DNA of 64,000 nucleotides from a virus (IMGVR_UViG_2974674860_000001:1-64000); one strand, 5' to 3'; positions 28,169-37,553 are shown, counted from the first letter of the stretch. Notes: a model not told the origin generated them from the sequence alone. Program-made: numbers and translations.

Positions 28169-29085
28169 CCTTCCGCCGCGTCTACGGCTACGACTGGTCT
28201 GAAAATGGCTGGCGCATGTGCAATTCCGACGAAACCGTCGTCGTTACGGTCGCCGGGATGGGCCTGCGTGTCCGCTCGGGCTACGCGGCCATCGTGCTCG
28301 AAGCCTGGCTGCGCTGGTACCACGAGAACGCCGACCGGATCGATGAGTACAAGCCACTCGACGACTGGGGCTGGTCGGCCACCAACGACGTCTATACCTC
28401 GAATCACCTGTCCGGCACCGCCGTCGACATCAACGCCACCGAGTATCCGTGGGGCACACGCACCATGTCGGCCGCCCGCAAGGCGAAGATCCGCGAGGGG
28501 CTCAAGCTCTTCGAGGGAACGATCTTCTGGGGCGCCGACTGGGACCGCGCCGACGAGATGCACTTCCAGCTCAACAGCGGAACAAACTCCGGCACAGGCG
28601 CTTCCGCCAAGCTCATCGACTTCTGCAAACGACGAATCCGCAATGGACGTCTCATCACCGACACCGAGGAGGACGGTCTCATGGCCGCAATCTCAGACAA
28701 GGATGCCGTCACCGTAGTCGGTGCCGCGATCCAGACCGCGAACGCCCAGGAGGACAACGGCGCCAAGAACGCCGACGACCGCACCTATGGACCGCGTGCG
28801 CTGCGTCACCCCGATCTGTACAACGTCGCCGGCAACGAGCGACTCCGCAAGGCCCGCAAGAAGCTGGGCTACCTGCGCGCCATGGTCACCGACGTCTGGA
28901 ACGAGGTCGTCTTCGACGGCTACGTCGCCGAGGTCACCGATCCGCGCCTGGAGGAGGGCAAGTTCGGCAGCCTCGTCGGCTTCGTCCTGGCCTCCCACGC
29001 AAACGCCCGCGAGGCAAACCTCGTGGCTCAGCGCGTCGCCGACAAGCTCGGCGTCGACATCTCGGACATCGTGAAGGAGTCCTGA
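28165..29085 (+). CDS. lysin A part 2, M15-type (L-Ala-D-Glu) peptidase
   Basis: SNHLSGTAVDIN (H-x6-D), DEMHFQL. Confidence 0.9.
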   Translation: MTFRRVYGYDWSENGWRMCNSDETVVVTVAGMGLRVRSGYAAIVLEAWLRWYHENADRIDEYKPLDDWGWSATNDVYTSNHLSGTAVDINATEYPWGTRTMSAARKAKIREGLKLFEGTIFWGADWDRADEMHFQLNSGTNSGTGASAKLIDFCKRRIRNGRLITDTEEDGLMAAISDKDAVTVVGAAIQTANAQEDNGAKNADDRTYGPRALRHPDLYNVAGNERLRKARKKLGYLRAMVTDVWNEVVFDGYVAEVTDPRLEEGKFGSLVGFVLASHANAREANLVAQRVADKLGVDISDIVKES

Positions 29086-29086
29086 C

Positions 29087-29497
29087 ATGGCAGAAATCAG
29101 CGCCCTCGACATTCGATCCTGGTCTGACGTACGAGCTTTCGTCCACGTCGCCGCACCGGGCATCGGTGCCACCCTCGTCGGCACCTCCGCGTTCGCAGGC
29201 AGCGGCCAGGCTGTGCTCGCCATCGTCGGCCTCATCGTCGCACTGACGAGCCCCGCCCTGTCGGCAGTCAACACCGCCGACGGCTTCCGCAAGTACTTCT
29301 ACCCGGCCGTCGGTGCGCTCGGCGGCCTGCTCGGCACCTTCGGCATCGTGACCGACACCCAGTGGGCCCTGTACACCTCGATCGCGGTCGTACTACTCGG
29401 TGCCGGTACCGCCGGCGCGAACACCCCCACGACATCGGCATGGTCGGTGAAGGCAGATCCACACGCCGTCGCCGCCAAGGCTCCGATCTACGAATGA
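29087..29497 (+). CDS. holin
   Basis: four short hydrophobic segments; follows lysin A. Confidence 0.8.
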   Translation: MAEISALDIRSWSDVRAFVHVAAPGIGATLVGTSAFAGSGQAVLAIVGLIVALTSPALSAVNTADGFRKYFYPAVGALGGLLGTFGIVTDTQWALYTSIAVVLLGAGTAGANTPTTSAWSVKADPHAVAAKAPIYE

Positions 29498-29512
29498 TCG
29501 GCGCCACGCCAC

Positions 29513-29968
29513 ATGATGATCTCCAAGTTCCTCAAGTGGGTCGATAGCGAGAGCCTCCGGCTGCCACAGGCGATTCTCTACAGCGCCTTCTGGCTCGCCG
29601 GGGTCTACATGCTGGCCCTCAATCGGACCCCATCCGTCGTTCAGGACGCGATGGGGTCCGTGTGGCACTTCGCTTGGGCCGCAACCCTAGTCGCATGCCC
29701 CATGCTGGTACTGATCGGGTACCGCATGAAGAACCAGTACACCGGTCTCTCAATCCAGCTTGGCTGTAACGCCGCAATCACATTGAGCCTCATCGCATAC
29801 GGAGGGTCACTCCTCGACCAGGGGCTCCTCGCAAAGGGCACGTTCGCCCTGTTCTCCACGGCCGCCCTGGCTGCGGTCACGGCCGTCATCACCCTGCGCG
29901 ACTGGCGCCGAATCAAGCTGATCGAGGACGTCGCAAAGGAATTGGACCGCGTCGACAATGAGTCCTGA
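29513..29968 (+). CDS. membrane protein (4 TM), lysis cassette
   Basis: hydrophobic segments; position. Confidence 0.75.
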   Translation: MMISKFLKWVDSESLRLPQAILYSAFWLAGVYMLALNRTPSVVQDAMGSVWHFAWAATLVACPMLVLIGYRMKNQYTGLSIQLGCNAAITLSLIAYGGSLLDQGLLAKGTFALFSTAALAAVTAVITLRDWRRIKLIEDVAKELDRVDNES

Positions 29969-30338
29969 CTTCATCAACCTACTCATCGGCCTCGGTGCTG
30001 GGTCGGTCATCGTCGCGGTCATCAACGGATTCTTCAACCGCGGCGGGAACAAGGCCACCGCAGCCAAGCTCGTCGCCGACACCACCAAGGTCGCCCACGA
30101 CATGGTCATGGAGATCGCCGACGACCTGCGCGAGGACAACGCACACCTACGCAACGCCCTCGCCGACATGAACGCCAAGTTCGAGGGCCATGAGCGCCGC
30201 CTGGAACTCGCGCTGAGCCGCCTCGACCGCACTGTCGGTGAGCTGCAGAGCGTCATCCCCCTCATCGAGCAGGCCGGCCACCTGAGCCGCGCAGACCACC
30301 TTCGCCGCGTCGTCGCCGACGCCACCGCCGAGACATAG
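29958..30338 (+). CDS. membrane-anchored coiled-coil protein, lysis cassette
   Basis: N-terminal TM segment followed by a coiled coil. Confidence 0.75.
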   Translation: MSPDFINLLIGLGAGSVIVAVINGFFNRGGNKATAAKLVADTTKVAHDMVMEIADDLREDNAHLRNALADMNAKFEGHERRLELALSRLDRTVGELQSVIPLIEQAGHLSRADHLRRVVADATAET

Positions 30339-30346
30339 AAGGACCA

Positions 30347-31420
30347 ATGACCACCTACGACGAACTCTATGGCCCGCCCGTCGATGTCCTGCACCCGACC
30401 GTCAAGGTCTACGCGGTCGACGACAACGAGGGCGTGCCGATTCGTCACCTCGCCGTCCACCTCACCCCAGGCGAGGGCCGCATGCTCCTGCCGCGAGGAC
30501 TCAAGGGGGACAAGGGCGACGATGGCGCGCCGGCCACCGCATGGCAGATCAAGGGCGAGCGCACCACCGCCCAGCTCGCGGCGCTGACCCTCGGCGCATC
30601 CGAGAAGGGCTGGGCCTACAAGAACTCCCAGACCAACGCCCTGCACTACTGGGACGGCACCGGATGGATCGTCCTGACCGACGCCTTCGGCACCGACGGG
30701 CCGGTCGGCCCCGCAGGCTCCCTCAGCGGCGTCAATATCCAGATGAAGGCCGCCGGCACCGAGCCCGAGGCCTACCTGACCGGACCAGTCGGCAACCAGT
30801 CCCTGATCCTCATGCTGCCCGAGAAGCCCGGCCCCAAGGGCGACGCTGGCCCGGCTGCGGCCATCGCGTCGGCGAGCGACTTCGACACGACCACGTCACC
30901 CGCAGCTGGCGACTTTCTCACCCGGCTGCCGAATGGCAAATGGGGCCCCGGGTCGAGCCCCCGCACGCGCTACTACAGCATCCCCGAGGGCAACTTCACC
31001 GACACCGGCGACCTCTGGAGCGGGCAGCGCGCCACCCTGGTCAGCCTGTCACTCGACCAGCTCACCTACTCCACGTTCCTCGAAGTGACCGGCCACATGC
31101 GCGTCGGCACCGGCATCCCGGCATCCAGCATCTCCATCGAGGTCCGCATCGGCGACGCGGCCACCGGCGAGCTGATCGCTCGCGGCTACACCTCCTCGCG
31201 CACCGGCGAGGACGTTGTCGCCATCCACCCGCACTTCTCAACCAACGCGCAACCCAGTCGCAACGCAGCACCGGGAGGCACCGTCGGGATCGTCCCCGCC
31301 TCGCACACCGGCACCGCAGGCACTCTCTACGTCACCGCGGTGCGCACCAGCGGTCTCGGCTCGGTCCGTGCGTTCTCCGACGACGCCCAGCTGCTCATCA
31401 AGCGACTGCCGGCGGTCTAA
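30347..31420 (+). CDS. minor tail protein with short collagen-like triplets
   Basis: GLKGDKGDDG, GPVGPAG, GPKGDAG. Confidence 0.85.
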   Translation: MTTYDELYGPPVDVLHPTVKVYAVDDNEGVPIRHLAVHLTPGEGRMLLPRGLKGDKGDDGAPATAWQIKGERTTAQLAALTLGASEKGWAYKNSQTNALHYWDGTGWIVLTDAFGTDGPVGPAGSLSGVNIQMKAAGTEPEAYLTGPVGNQSLILMLPEKPGPKGDAGPAAAIASASDFDTTTSPAAGDFLTRLPNGKWGPGSSPRTRYYSIPEGNFTDTGDLWSGQRATLVSLSLDQLTYSTFLEVTGHMRVGTGIPASSISIEVRIGDAATGELIARGYTSSRTGEDVVAIHPHFSTNAQPSRNAAPGGTVGIVPASHTGTAGTLYVTAVRTSGLGSVRAFSDDAQLLIKRLPAV

Positions 31421-31429
31421 GGGGCCCCG

Positions 31430-34400
31430 TTGAACGACAACAGCAAGAAGGCCGCCGAGGCTCTCGTCCAGCACTTCCAGGGCATGGTCGACGGGCAGGC
31501 CGGCAACATCCAGGACCTGTTCGACTCCCTGCTCCCGGTCCAGGACTTCGTCAACGCGATCCTGGAAACACTCGGCGGCAACCCCACCGCGATGGCGACC
31601 TTCTTCGCCACGTGGGCCGAAAACCTGCCCTGGCTCAAGGACTTCGAGAACTGGGTGCCCAACATCGGTGCCGACCTCGCAGGCCTGCGCGACGCGGTCG
31701 AGGGAACCTACGTCGGCAATGACGTGGTGCTCAACGCCATCCAGCGCGCAGTCGGCGCGATCCGCTCGCTGGCCGGCGGCCTCATCGACCCGTCGCGCAT
31801 CCCGCAGATCTTCCTCGGGCAGCTGTCCAACCAGCCAAGCCCCAACCTACTCAGCGGCTTTGGCGACTTCTCGGCGGCCGGCACCATCGACGGCGGCGAC
31901 GTCTGGGTCTGGGACGAATCCGAAGGCCACACCACCCCCGGCTCCGTTCGTGGCACCGCCGACGGTGAACGTCACGTCCTGACCTCCGAGCTGGTCTCGG
32001 TCAGCGAGGGGCAGAAGCTCGACCTCTCGGGCTGGGCGAAGTGGGCCCAGCCGAAGTGGCCGAACATGCTCACCTATTCGCAGGCGACGCTGGAAACCGA
32101 TGAGTCCGTACTCGTTGCGACCCCCATCGCCCGGCGCCTGAACTCGAACAACGCCGTGCTCACCCGCGACAACTCGTGGTCCGACGGCGGCAACTACTCG
32201 GTCAAGCTCACCGCAGACAACAAGGCCGACACCAACTTCAACTGGGGCGGCGATGGCGTCTTCGCGCCGCCCTACAACGCCCCCGGGTCATTCCGCATGG
32301 GCACCCAGCCGGGCCGGACATACCGCATGTGCGCGACGTTCCGGCTCACCGAGGCCATGACGTCGGCAACGACAGGGAACCGAAGCCTCGGCCTGACCGC
32401 CTGGTACACCCGCGGCCAGGGCTCCCACACCAAGGTCAACATCGGCGAGGCGGCGCCCAACGCAGCAGGCGAGTACCGCCTGGAGGGCGACTTCACTATC
32501 CCCGCCGACGCCACGGGCGCATTCTTCCGCATCTACTTCGGCTACACCACCGGCACCATCTGGATCGACCGGATGGGCCTCTTCGACATCACCGATTCGG
32601 TCCCGCCGGCTGGCTACTATGTCCAGCCGCACAACGGCATCGGTGACACCTACACCCTGTCGGTCATTCCGCAGTCGGGCGACATCGCCGGCGCAGAGTC
32701 CGTCATCAAGGCCATCGCCAACCCCTCAGCTTCGGGCGGATGGTCGGAGCTGAATGGCACCTACACTGTGCCCGCCGGTGTCGACGGCGTTCGCGTGCGT
32801 CTCGGGATCGAGGCGCCGGCATCGGCCGGCGTTGCATGGTTCGACGACGTCTCCCTCCGCAAGACCGCCACATCACTCCCGCAGCAGTGGGTGTCAGGTC
32901 TCGCCGAGACCCTCGGCGACCTCTGGGATGGGCTCGGCAACCTCATCGACAACCTGCTTGCCTCCCTGGGCATTCCGCCCACCGGCACCATCGTCGATCG
33001 CATCCTCGATCTCTCCGACGAGTTCGGGGATTGGCTCGACGACACCCAGACCCAGGCCGCCAAGTTTGCCGATCTCGTCGGCGATCTCCTCGCCGACCCT
33101 GGCAAGGTGCTCGGAACACTGCCTCAGACTCTCGTCTCGGGGCTGTCGACCTCGCTGAACAGCCTGCAGTCGTTCATCCAGAACCTCCTCAACGCGATCC
33201 TCCAGGGCATCCGTGGCGTCCCCGTTGTCGGCGGCTCCATCGCCAACGTCATCGAGGACCTGACCGGGATGAACAAGGATGTCGCGGCCGCGGCAGAGTC
33301 TGCGGACGTCGCCCAGGCGCAGATCGTCACCATCCAGCAGGTGTTCGCCGTGCGCTCGAACCGCCCACTCTGGGAGGGCCTCGATCCGACCGGGGAATCG
33401 ACCTTTCCCTATACCCAGCTCGCCCAGCCTGCCGCGCATGGACACACGGGGTCCACGAACTCAACCGGCAACCACACTGGCCACGAGGGCACCGCGAACA
33501 GCAGGGGCGCACACTCCCACGACGTCACTGTAACCAACTGGGGCACATCGGAGATTCCGGTCGCGGGATCGATGACGCCGGGCGGCTGTATCCGCATCGA
33601 ATCCCCGGTCGAGAAGCGCCAGATCACATTCCAGGCCCGGCGCAGCGGTGCTGTGTCGTCGTTCTACATCGACGTCTACCACATGGAGGACGACGGCTCC
33701 TTCACGCTACTGCACTCCTCGGCGAACATCGCCGCCGACATCCTCACCGTCATGACCTGGCAGCAGGTCGAGATCCCGCCCACCCTCGTCGAGCTGGGCG
33801 ACGTCATCATGATCCAGTTCCGCGCCAACGCAAACTGCTTCGTCGCCGGCATCCAGCTACCAGCCCCGGCGAACGCGCTCGGATTCCGGCCGTTGCAGAT
33901 CGGCATGCTGCGCAACTCATCTGACGCACCCGCTGTTCTGTCACAGACCGCCGCCGACTCGGCCTACTCGGGCTACACCCCCTACATCCAGCTCGGGTCC
34001 GACGTCGGCCAGCTCAACGCAGCGCGCAACTTCTACGACAACTTCAACCGCACCATCCTGGGCTCCAACTGGGCGGCGAACTGGAGGTCGAACAGCGGGG
34101 GCGAGTACCTCACCGTCAGCGGGAACCGGCTGGTCAACCCGACCTCTGGCATGCTGCTGTACCAGCGTTCACTCGCTCTCTACACGCTGCCACTGTCCTC
34201 CGACGACGTGAGTGTCGAGTTCGACCTGACGTCCGTGAACGGCGTGGCTTCCGGTGTGATCATCTGCGCCGACAACAACGCGCAGAACTACGTCGGCGCA
34301 TTCGTTACCACCAGCGGCGGCGGCATCTGGACCAACGTCGGCGGCGTCAACGGAACCATGACCGAACGATCGACCGTCGCGGCATCCAACAACAACGCCC

Positions 34401-34606
34401 GCTGGAAGATCACCTACACCTCAGCCGACAACACCTACCGGCTGTACAAGAACGGGGCCCTGCACACCTCCTGGACCGACTCGACCAACATCATCGGCCA
34501 CGGCAAGGGGCGCCGATTCTGCGGCGCGCAGATCGACAATCAGAGCTTTACAACCGGGTCGCCGATCGACAACTGGAACGCCTACGACAACGAGGCGGGG
34601 ACATGA
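31430..34606 (+). CDS. large minor tail protein with carbohydrate-binding-like modules
   Basis: 1058 aa; beta-rich Trp/Gly/Asn modules; FDDVSL motif. Confidence 0.85.
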   Translation: MNDNSKKAAEALVQHFQGMVDGQAGNIQDLFDSLLPVQDFVNAILETLGGNPTAMATFFATWAENLPWLKDFENWVPNIGADLAGLRDAVEGTYVGNDVVLNAIQRAVGAIRSLAGGLIDPSRIPQIFLGQLSNQPSPNLLSGFGDFSAAGTIDGGDVWVWDESEGHTTPGSVRGTADGERHVLTSELVSVSEGQKLDLSGWAKWAQPKWPNMLTYSQATLETDESVLVATPIARRLNSNNAVLTRDNSWSDGGNYSVKLTADNKADTNFNWGGDGVFAPPYNAPGSFRMGTQPGRTYRMCATFRLTEAMTSATTGNRSLGLTAWYTRGQGSHTKVNIGEAAPNAAGEYRLEGDFTIPADATGAFFRIYFGYTTGTIWIDRMGLFDITDSVPPAGYYVQPHNGIGDTYTLSVIPQSGDIAGAESVIKAIANPSASGGWSELNGTYTVPAGVDGVRVRLGIEAPASAGVAWFDDVSLRKTATSLPQQWVSGLAETLGDLWDGLGNLIDNLLASLGIPPTGTIVDRILDLSDEFGDWLDDTQTQAAKFADLVGDLLADPGKVLGTLPQTLVSGLSTSLNSLQSFIQNLLNAILQGIRGVPVVGGSIANVIEDLTGMNKDVAAAAESADVAQAQIVTIQQVFAVRSNRPLWEGLDPTGESTFPYTQLAQPAAHGHTGSTNSTGNHTGHEGTANSRGAHSHDVTVTNWGTSEIPVAGSMTPGGCIRIESPVEKRQITFQARRSGAVSSFYIDVYHMEDDGSFTLLHSSANIAADILTVMTWQQVEIPPTLVELGDVIMIQFRANANCFVAGIQLPAPANALGFRPLQIGMLRNSSDAPAVLSQTAADSAYSGYTPYIQLGSDVGQLNAARNFYDNFNRTILGSNWAANWRSNSGGEYLTVSGNRLVNPTSGMLLYQRSLALYTLPLSSDDVSVEFDLTSVNGVASGVIICADNNAQNYVGAFVTTSGGGIWTNVGGVNGTMTERSTVAASNNNARWKITYTSADNTYRLYKNGALHTSWTDSTNIIGHGKGRRFCGAQIDNQSFTTGSPIDNWNAYDNEAGT

Positions 34607-35670
34607 GCTGGTCCCCCGGTGGGCCACCCGCCGCGGGACCAGTAGTCATCCCAGGCTGGTCGACCGACGGGCCGGAGCCCACGGAGGCGCCGATCACCAC
34701 GGGCTGGCGGGTCGTTCAGCAACGCCGCGGTGAAGGTTCCGGCGTCGGCGACGACGCGGCAATCGCCAAGGCGCGCATACTAACCAGCGGCGCTGCGGCT
34801 GGACAAGACCGCCCCGCGGCGAAGCCGAAGCTGCCCGGCACCGGCCAGGCCGCCGGCCGCGATCTGGCGACACAGCGGCCGCGGGTCGCGGCGGCTGGGT
34901 CTGGCGCCGGGAAAGGCGATGCGCGGTTCCGGCTGAACGGGCAGGGCGTGGCCTCTGGCGATGACCTCGCCATCCCCAAGCCGAAGCTGATCGTGCCCTC
35001 CAGTGGCGCCGGCAGCGACAGAGTGCTCGTACCGCGAGCTGCGACCGCAGGCGCTGGCCAGGGAGCGGGCGGCGGAACGGCCAGCGCGAGCTTCAAGAAC
35101 GAGGGCCCCTGGGACGTCACCTGGACGAGCGGGTCCAACGCCTACACGTTCACCTTCCCGGTCTGGTGTCGATACATCGACGTCATCCTCCTGGGCGGCG
35201 GCGCCTCGGGCCAGACGGGATCTGGCGCGATCAACCAGCCCGGCCGAGGTGGTGCGGCCGGGTCGTGGGCCGCGATCCGACTCGAACGCGGCGTCGACAT
35301 CCCGTGGTCGCTCTTGAGCATGCAGGTCGTCACCGGAGTGGGCGGGGCGCAGGCAGCCAACTCCGACTACGCCAGCCCCAACGCTGGGGCGGCCAGTCTT
35401 CTCGTGGTGTCCGGCTCGACGGTATTGACCGCGGCCGGCGGCCAGGGAACCAAGCCCGAGGACGGCCAGGCGATGCGCGACGGACAGGCCGCCGGCACCT
35501 ACTCCTTCGGTGGTCGGACCTACACGGGCGGCGGGCTTAACGGGTCCAGCGGCGGAACTGGAAACCCGCCCGGCGGCGGCGGATCTGGTGGCAATGGAGG
35601 CATTTTCGGCAACCGCACACGCGGCGGGGCCGGAGCATACGGCGGGGCGTGGCTGTGGGTGTACCAGTGA
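34603..35670 (+). CDS. glycine-rich minor tail protein
   Basis: LLGGGASG...GGGGSGG...GAGAYG pattern. Confidence 0.85.
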   Translation: MSWSPGGPPAAGPVVIPGWSTDGPEPTEAPITTGWRVVQQRRGEGSGVGDDAAIAKARILTSGAAAGQDRPAAKPKLPGTGQAAGRDLATQRPRVAAAGSGAGKGDARFRLNGQGVASGDDLAIPKPKLIVPSSGAGSDRVLVPRAATAGAGQGAGGGTASASFKNEGPWDVTWTSGSNAYTFTFPVWCRYIDVILLGGGASGQTGSGAINQPGRGGAAGSWAAIRLERGVDIPWSLLSMQVVTGVGGAQAANSDYASPNAGAASLLVVSGSTVLTAAGGQGTKPEDGQAMRDGQAAGTYSFGGRTYTGGGLNGSSGGTGNPPGGGGSGGNGGIFGNRTRGGAGAYGGAWLWVYQ

Positions 35671-35945
35671 TCGTAAACGCAGACATCATCGTCGAGTGCC
35701 CCCTTGGCGGCATGGTCATCCTGCCCAGGGGCTTCACGGTTTTACTCACCTCGCCTGGCGACACCGCGGTCGTCGTCACAGTCCACGCGAGCTACGACTA
35801 CGACAGCTTCGACGATCCGTCGGCACCGGCATTCGAGTTCCAGGCCGACACCCTCACCGTCTCCACGTCAGGGGACATCTCCATCACTCGCGACGTGACG
35901 TGCATCAGCCTGCCGGGTCGCATCACCCAACAGAAGGGCATCTAA
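35667..35945 (+). CDS. hypothetical (tail-associated) protein
   Basis: GTGA-coupled. Confidence 0.6.
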   Translation: MIVNADIIVECPLGGMVILPRGFTVLLTSPGDTAVVVTVHASYDYDSFDDPSAPAFEFQADTLTVSTSGDISITRDVTCISLPGRITQQKGI

Positions 35946-35948
35946 CCC

Positions 35949-36314
35949 ATGGCATCGACCTACTCCGACGCCCACCGAAACGCATGCGCGAACGCCATCT
36001 GCGCACTCGGCAACCGCATCGGCCTCTACGTCGGCAGCACCCGCGTCGGCACCGTCTACGCCGACACCACGTGGGCCGCGGCCGTGAAGGTCACCGAGTC
36101 GTCCGTCGATAAGGCGCAGAGCACCGGATCGACCGTCACGATCACCGTGCCGGCGGGCACCGTGGCCAATGGAACCGTGATCAACAAGTTCGGCGTGCAC
36201 AACGGCTCGACCCTTCTACGCACCGAAGACCTGCCGCTGTCGCTGACTGTCAACGACGGCGGGCAGGCCTTTAGTGTGGACATCACCCCGATCTTCAAGT
36301 ACCGGGGCGAGTAG
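35949..36314 (+). CDS. minor tail-associated protein
   Basis: beta-rich small protein at the end of the tail operon. Confidence 0.7.
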   Translation: MASTYSDAHRNACANAICALGNRIGLYVGSTRVGTVYADTTWAAAVKVTESSVDKAQSTGSTVTITVPAGTVANGTVINKFGVHNGSTLLRTEDLPLSLTVNDGGQAFSVDITPIFKYRGE

Positions 36315-36674
36315 CTATTCGGTGGCGGCTTCGTATTGCTCGATGATGTCGTTCGGGATGCGGCCCTTCGGATTCACTTCGATGCCGTTGGCCACGGCCC
36401 AGTCGCGCACATCCTTCATGGTGTAGGCGGCATGGGCTGACCCGTTCGAGCCGTTCGCCGGTGCGCCCGTGGACGGCTGACGTTTGCGGCCGCCGATCTT
36501 CGTGGCGGTCTCGACCAGCTTGACCATCTGCTTCTCGAGTTTCTTGTAGTTCGCGGCGCTGGTCTGCACCTCGTAGTCCACCCCGAGCCAGCTGACCTGG
36601 GCGCGCATCATCGTCTTCTCGTCGAGCAGTTTTCCGTCGATGTCGTCGTAGTACTCGATCTTGTCCCGACGCAT
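36315..36674 (-). CDS. lsr2: Lsr2-like nucleoid-associated DNA-bridging protein
   Basis: N-terminal YYDDIDG..YEV dimerisation domain; C-terminal VRDWAVANGIEVNPKGRIP (RGR-like hook). Confidence 0.9.
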   Translation of the reverse strand: MRRDKIEYYDDIDGKLLDEKTMMRAQVSWLGVDYEVQTSAANYKKLEKQMVKLVETATKIGGRKRQPSTGAPANGSNGSAHAAYTMKDVRDWAVANGIEVNPKGRIPNDIIEQYEAATE

Positions 36675-36720
36675 TTACTCCCTCTCTCTGTACTACTGCT
36701 TGCGGTTCTACTTCATCACA

Positions 36721-36769
36721 CACATGAGCCCCGGCTGGAATCTTCGTTGATCCGGCCGGGGCTCATGTG
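36721..36769 (-). terminator. 15-bp perfect hairpin between the mini-ORF array and lsr2
   Basis: CACATGAGCCCCGGC / GCCGGGGCTCATGTG; weak U-tract. Confidence 0.7.
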
Positions 36770-36921
36770 GATGGTGGATGCTTCACTCTGGTGCTGCCTA
36801 CTCTGTTCGCGTCCTGCAGATGTTGATCGCGGACGGCCATGGTGGGCCTCGTGTGCGCATCGTCCTCCTTTCGTGTTTGCGAATGTCGGCGCGGGGTTGA
36901 TGGTGGGCTTCTGGCGTTCAC
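36763..36921 (-). CDS. mini-ORF 3 MNARSPPSTPRR...VKHPPST (52 aa); its stop lies inside the downstream hairpin
   Basis: GAAAGGAGAAGCC directly upstream of GTG. Confidence 0.5.
   Translation of the reverse strand: MNARSPPSTPRRHSQTRKEDDAHTRPTMAVRDQHLQDANRVGSTRVKHPPST
36798..36860 (-). CDS. mini-ORF 4 MRTRGPPWPSAINICRTRTE
   Basis: GAAAGGAGGACG directly upstream of ATG. Confidence 0.55.
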   Translation of the reverse strand: MRTRGPPWPSAINICRTRTE

Positions 36922-36942
36922 GGCTTCTCCTTTCGATCGATG

Positions 36943-36981
36943 TCAAGTTCGGGGCGTGTCTGGTGGGCCTCGGGTGTTCAT
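36943..36981 (-). CDS. mini-ORF 2 MNTRGPPDTPRT
   Basis: GAAAGGAGAGC directly upstream of ATG. Confidence 0.55.
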   Translation of the reverse strand: MNTRGPPDTPRT

Positions 36982-36998
36982 GCTCTCCTTTCTCCTGA

Positions 36999-37040
36999 TC
37001 ACAATCTGATTGGTGATGGTGGGCCTCTGCTGGAGGTCAT
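36999..37040 (-). CDS. mini-ORF 1 MTSSRGPPSPIRL
   Basis: AAAGGAGAAG directly upstream of ATG. Confidence 0.55.
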   Translation of the reverse strand: MTSSRGPPSPIRL

Positions 37041-37061
37041 CTTCTCCTTTGTTAGTTTCTG

Positions 37062-37113
37062 TGTTGCGCGGCTTGTGAGACAACAATAAGTCACCAATTC
37101 GAGACGCGCAACA
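37062..37113 (-). promoter_or_regulatory. leftward SigA-type promoter TTGCGC-17-TATTGT overlapped by two operator-like motifs
   Basis: -35 at 37111-37106, -10 at 37088-37083; motif copies 37098-37113 (-) and degenerate 37062-37080 (+). Confidence 0.7.
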
Positions 37114-37189
37114 GTTGAGTGCACATTTGTCCTCCGTTCATTGGACGTCAACGTGAGAGTTGCCACCCGAATAGCGCCCCTAGCTGCAC

Positions 37190-37205
37190 TGTTGCGTGTC
37201 TCGTA
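37190..37205 (+). promoter_or_regulatory. operator-like motif at the rightward xseAB operon promoter
   Basis: TGTTGCGTGTCTCGTA followed by extended -10 TGtTAGTGT. Confidence 0.75.
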
Positions 37206-37259
37206 CGTGTTAGTGTTACCGTCATCACCGCCCAAAGTTCACCGACGAGAGGAGCCCAC

Positions 37260-37553
37260 TTGAGCAAGAAGCGTGCGATTGAAAACCTCAGCGACACCGA
37301 GGTATACGCAGGATTCGAGGCCGTCCTGACCTGGATGGGGGCCGCCGAGAACGCGGTGCGCATGCTCGACGCATTCGGCGAGAACGCTGCAGCCGAGCGG
37401 GTCGAAGCGGTCCTCGACAAGCTCGACACCGTCATCAACAACGCGATCGACGGAGTACCCAACAGCACCCCGATCAAGGACGACCCGAATCAGATCACCC
37501 TGATTCAGCCAGCCGACATCGTTCATCTCGCGTCACGGAAGGGCAATCGCTGA
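37260..37553 (+). CDS. hypothetical protein
   Basis: RBS AGGAG before TTG37260. Confidence 0.75.
   Translation: MSKKRAIENLSDTEVYAGFEAVLTWMGAAENAVRMLDAFGENAAAERVEAVLDKLDTVINNAIDGVPNSTPIKDDPNQITLIQPADIVHLASRKGNR

Larger units (their letters stand above)
36763..37040 (-). repeat. four ~60-nt units, each AAAGGAG + start codon + R-G/S-P-P mini-ORF
   Basis: starts at 37040, 36981, 36921, 36860 (spacing 59/60/61); shared GA(G/A)GCCCACCA. Confidence 0.9.

Noticed and set aside
36763-37040. Array read as a CRISPR or mini-CRISPR
   Set aside because: Repeats are short and degenerate (about 11 + 8 nt), non-palindromic, tied to RBS and start codons; no cas genes in the window
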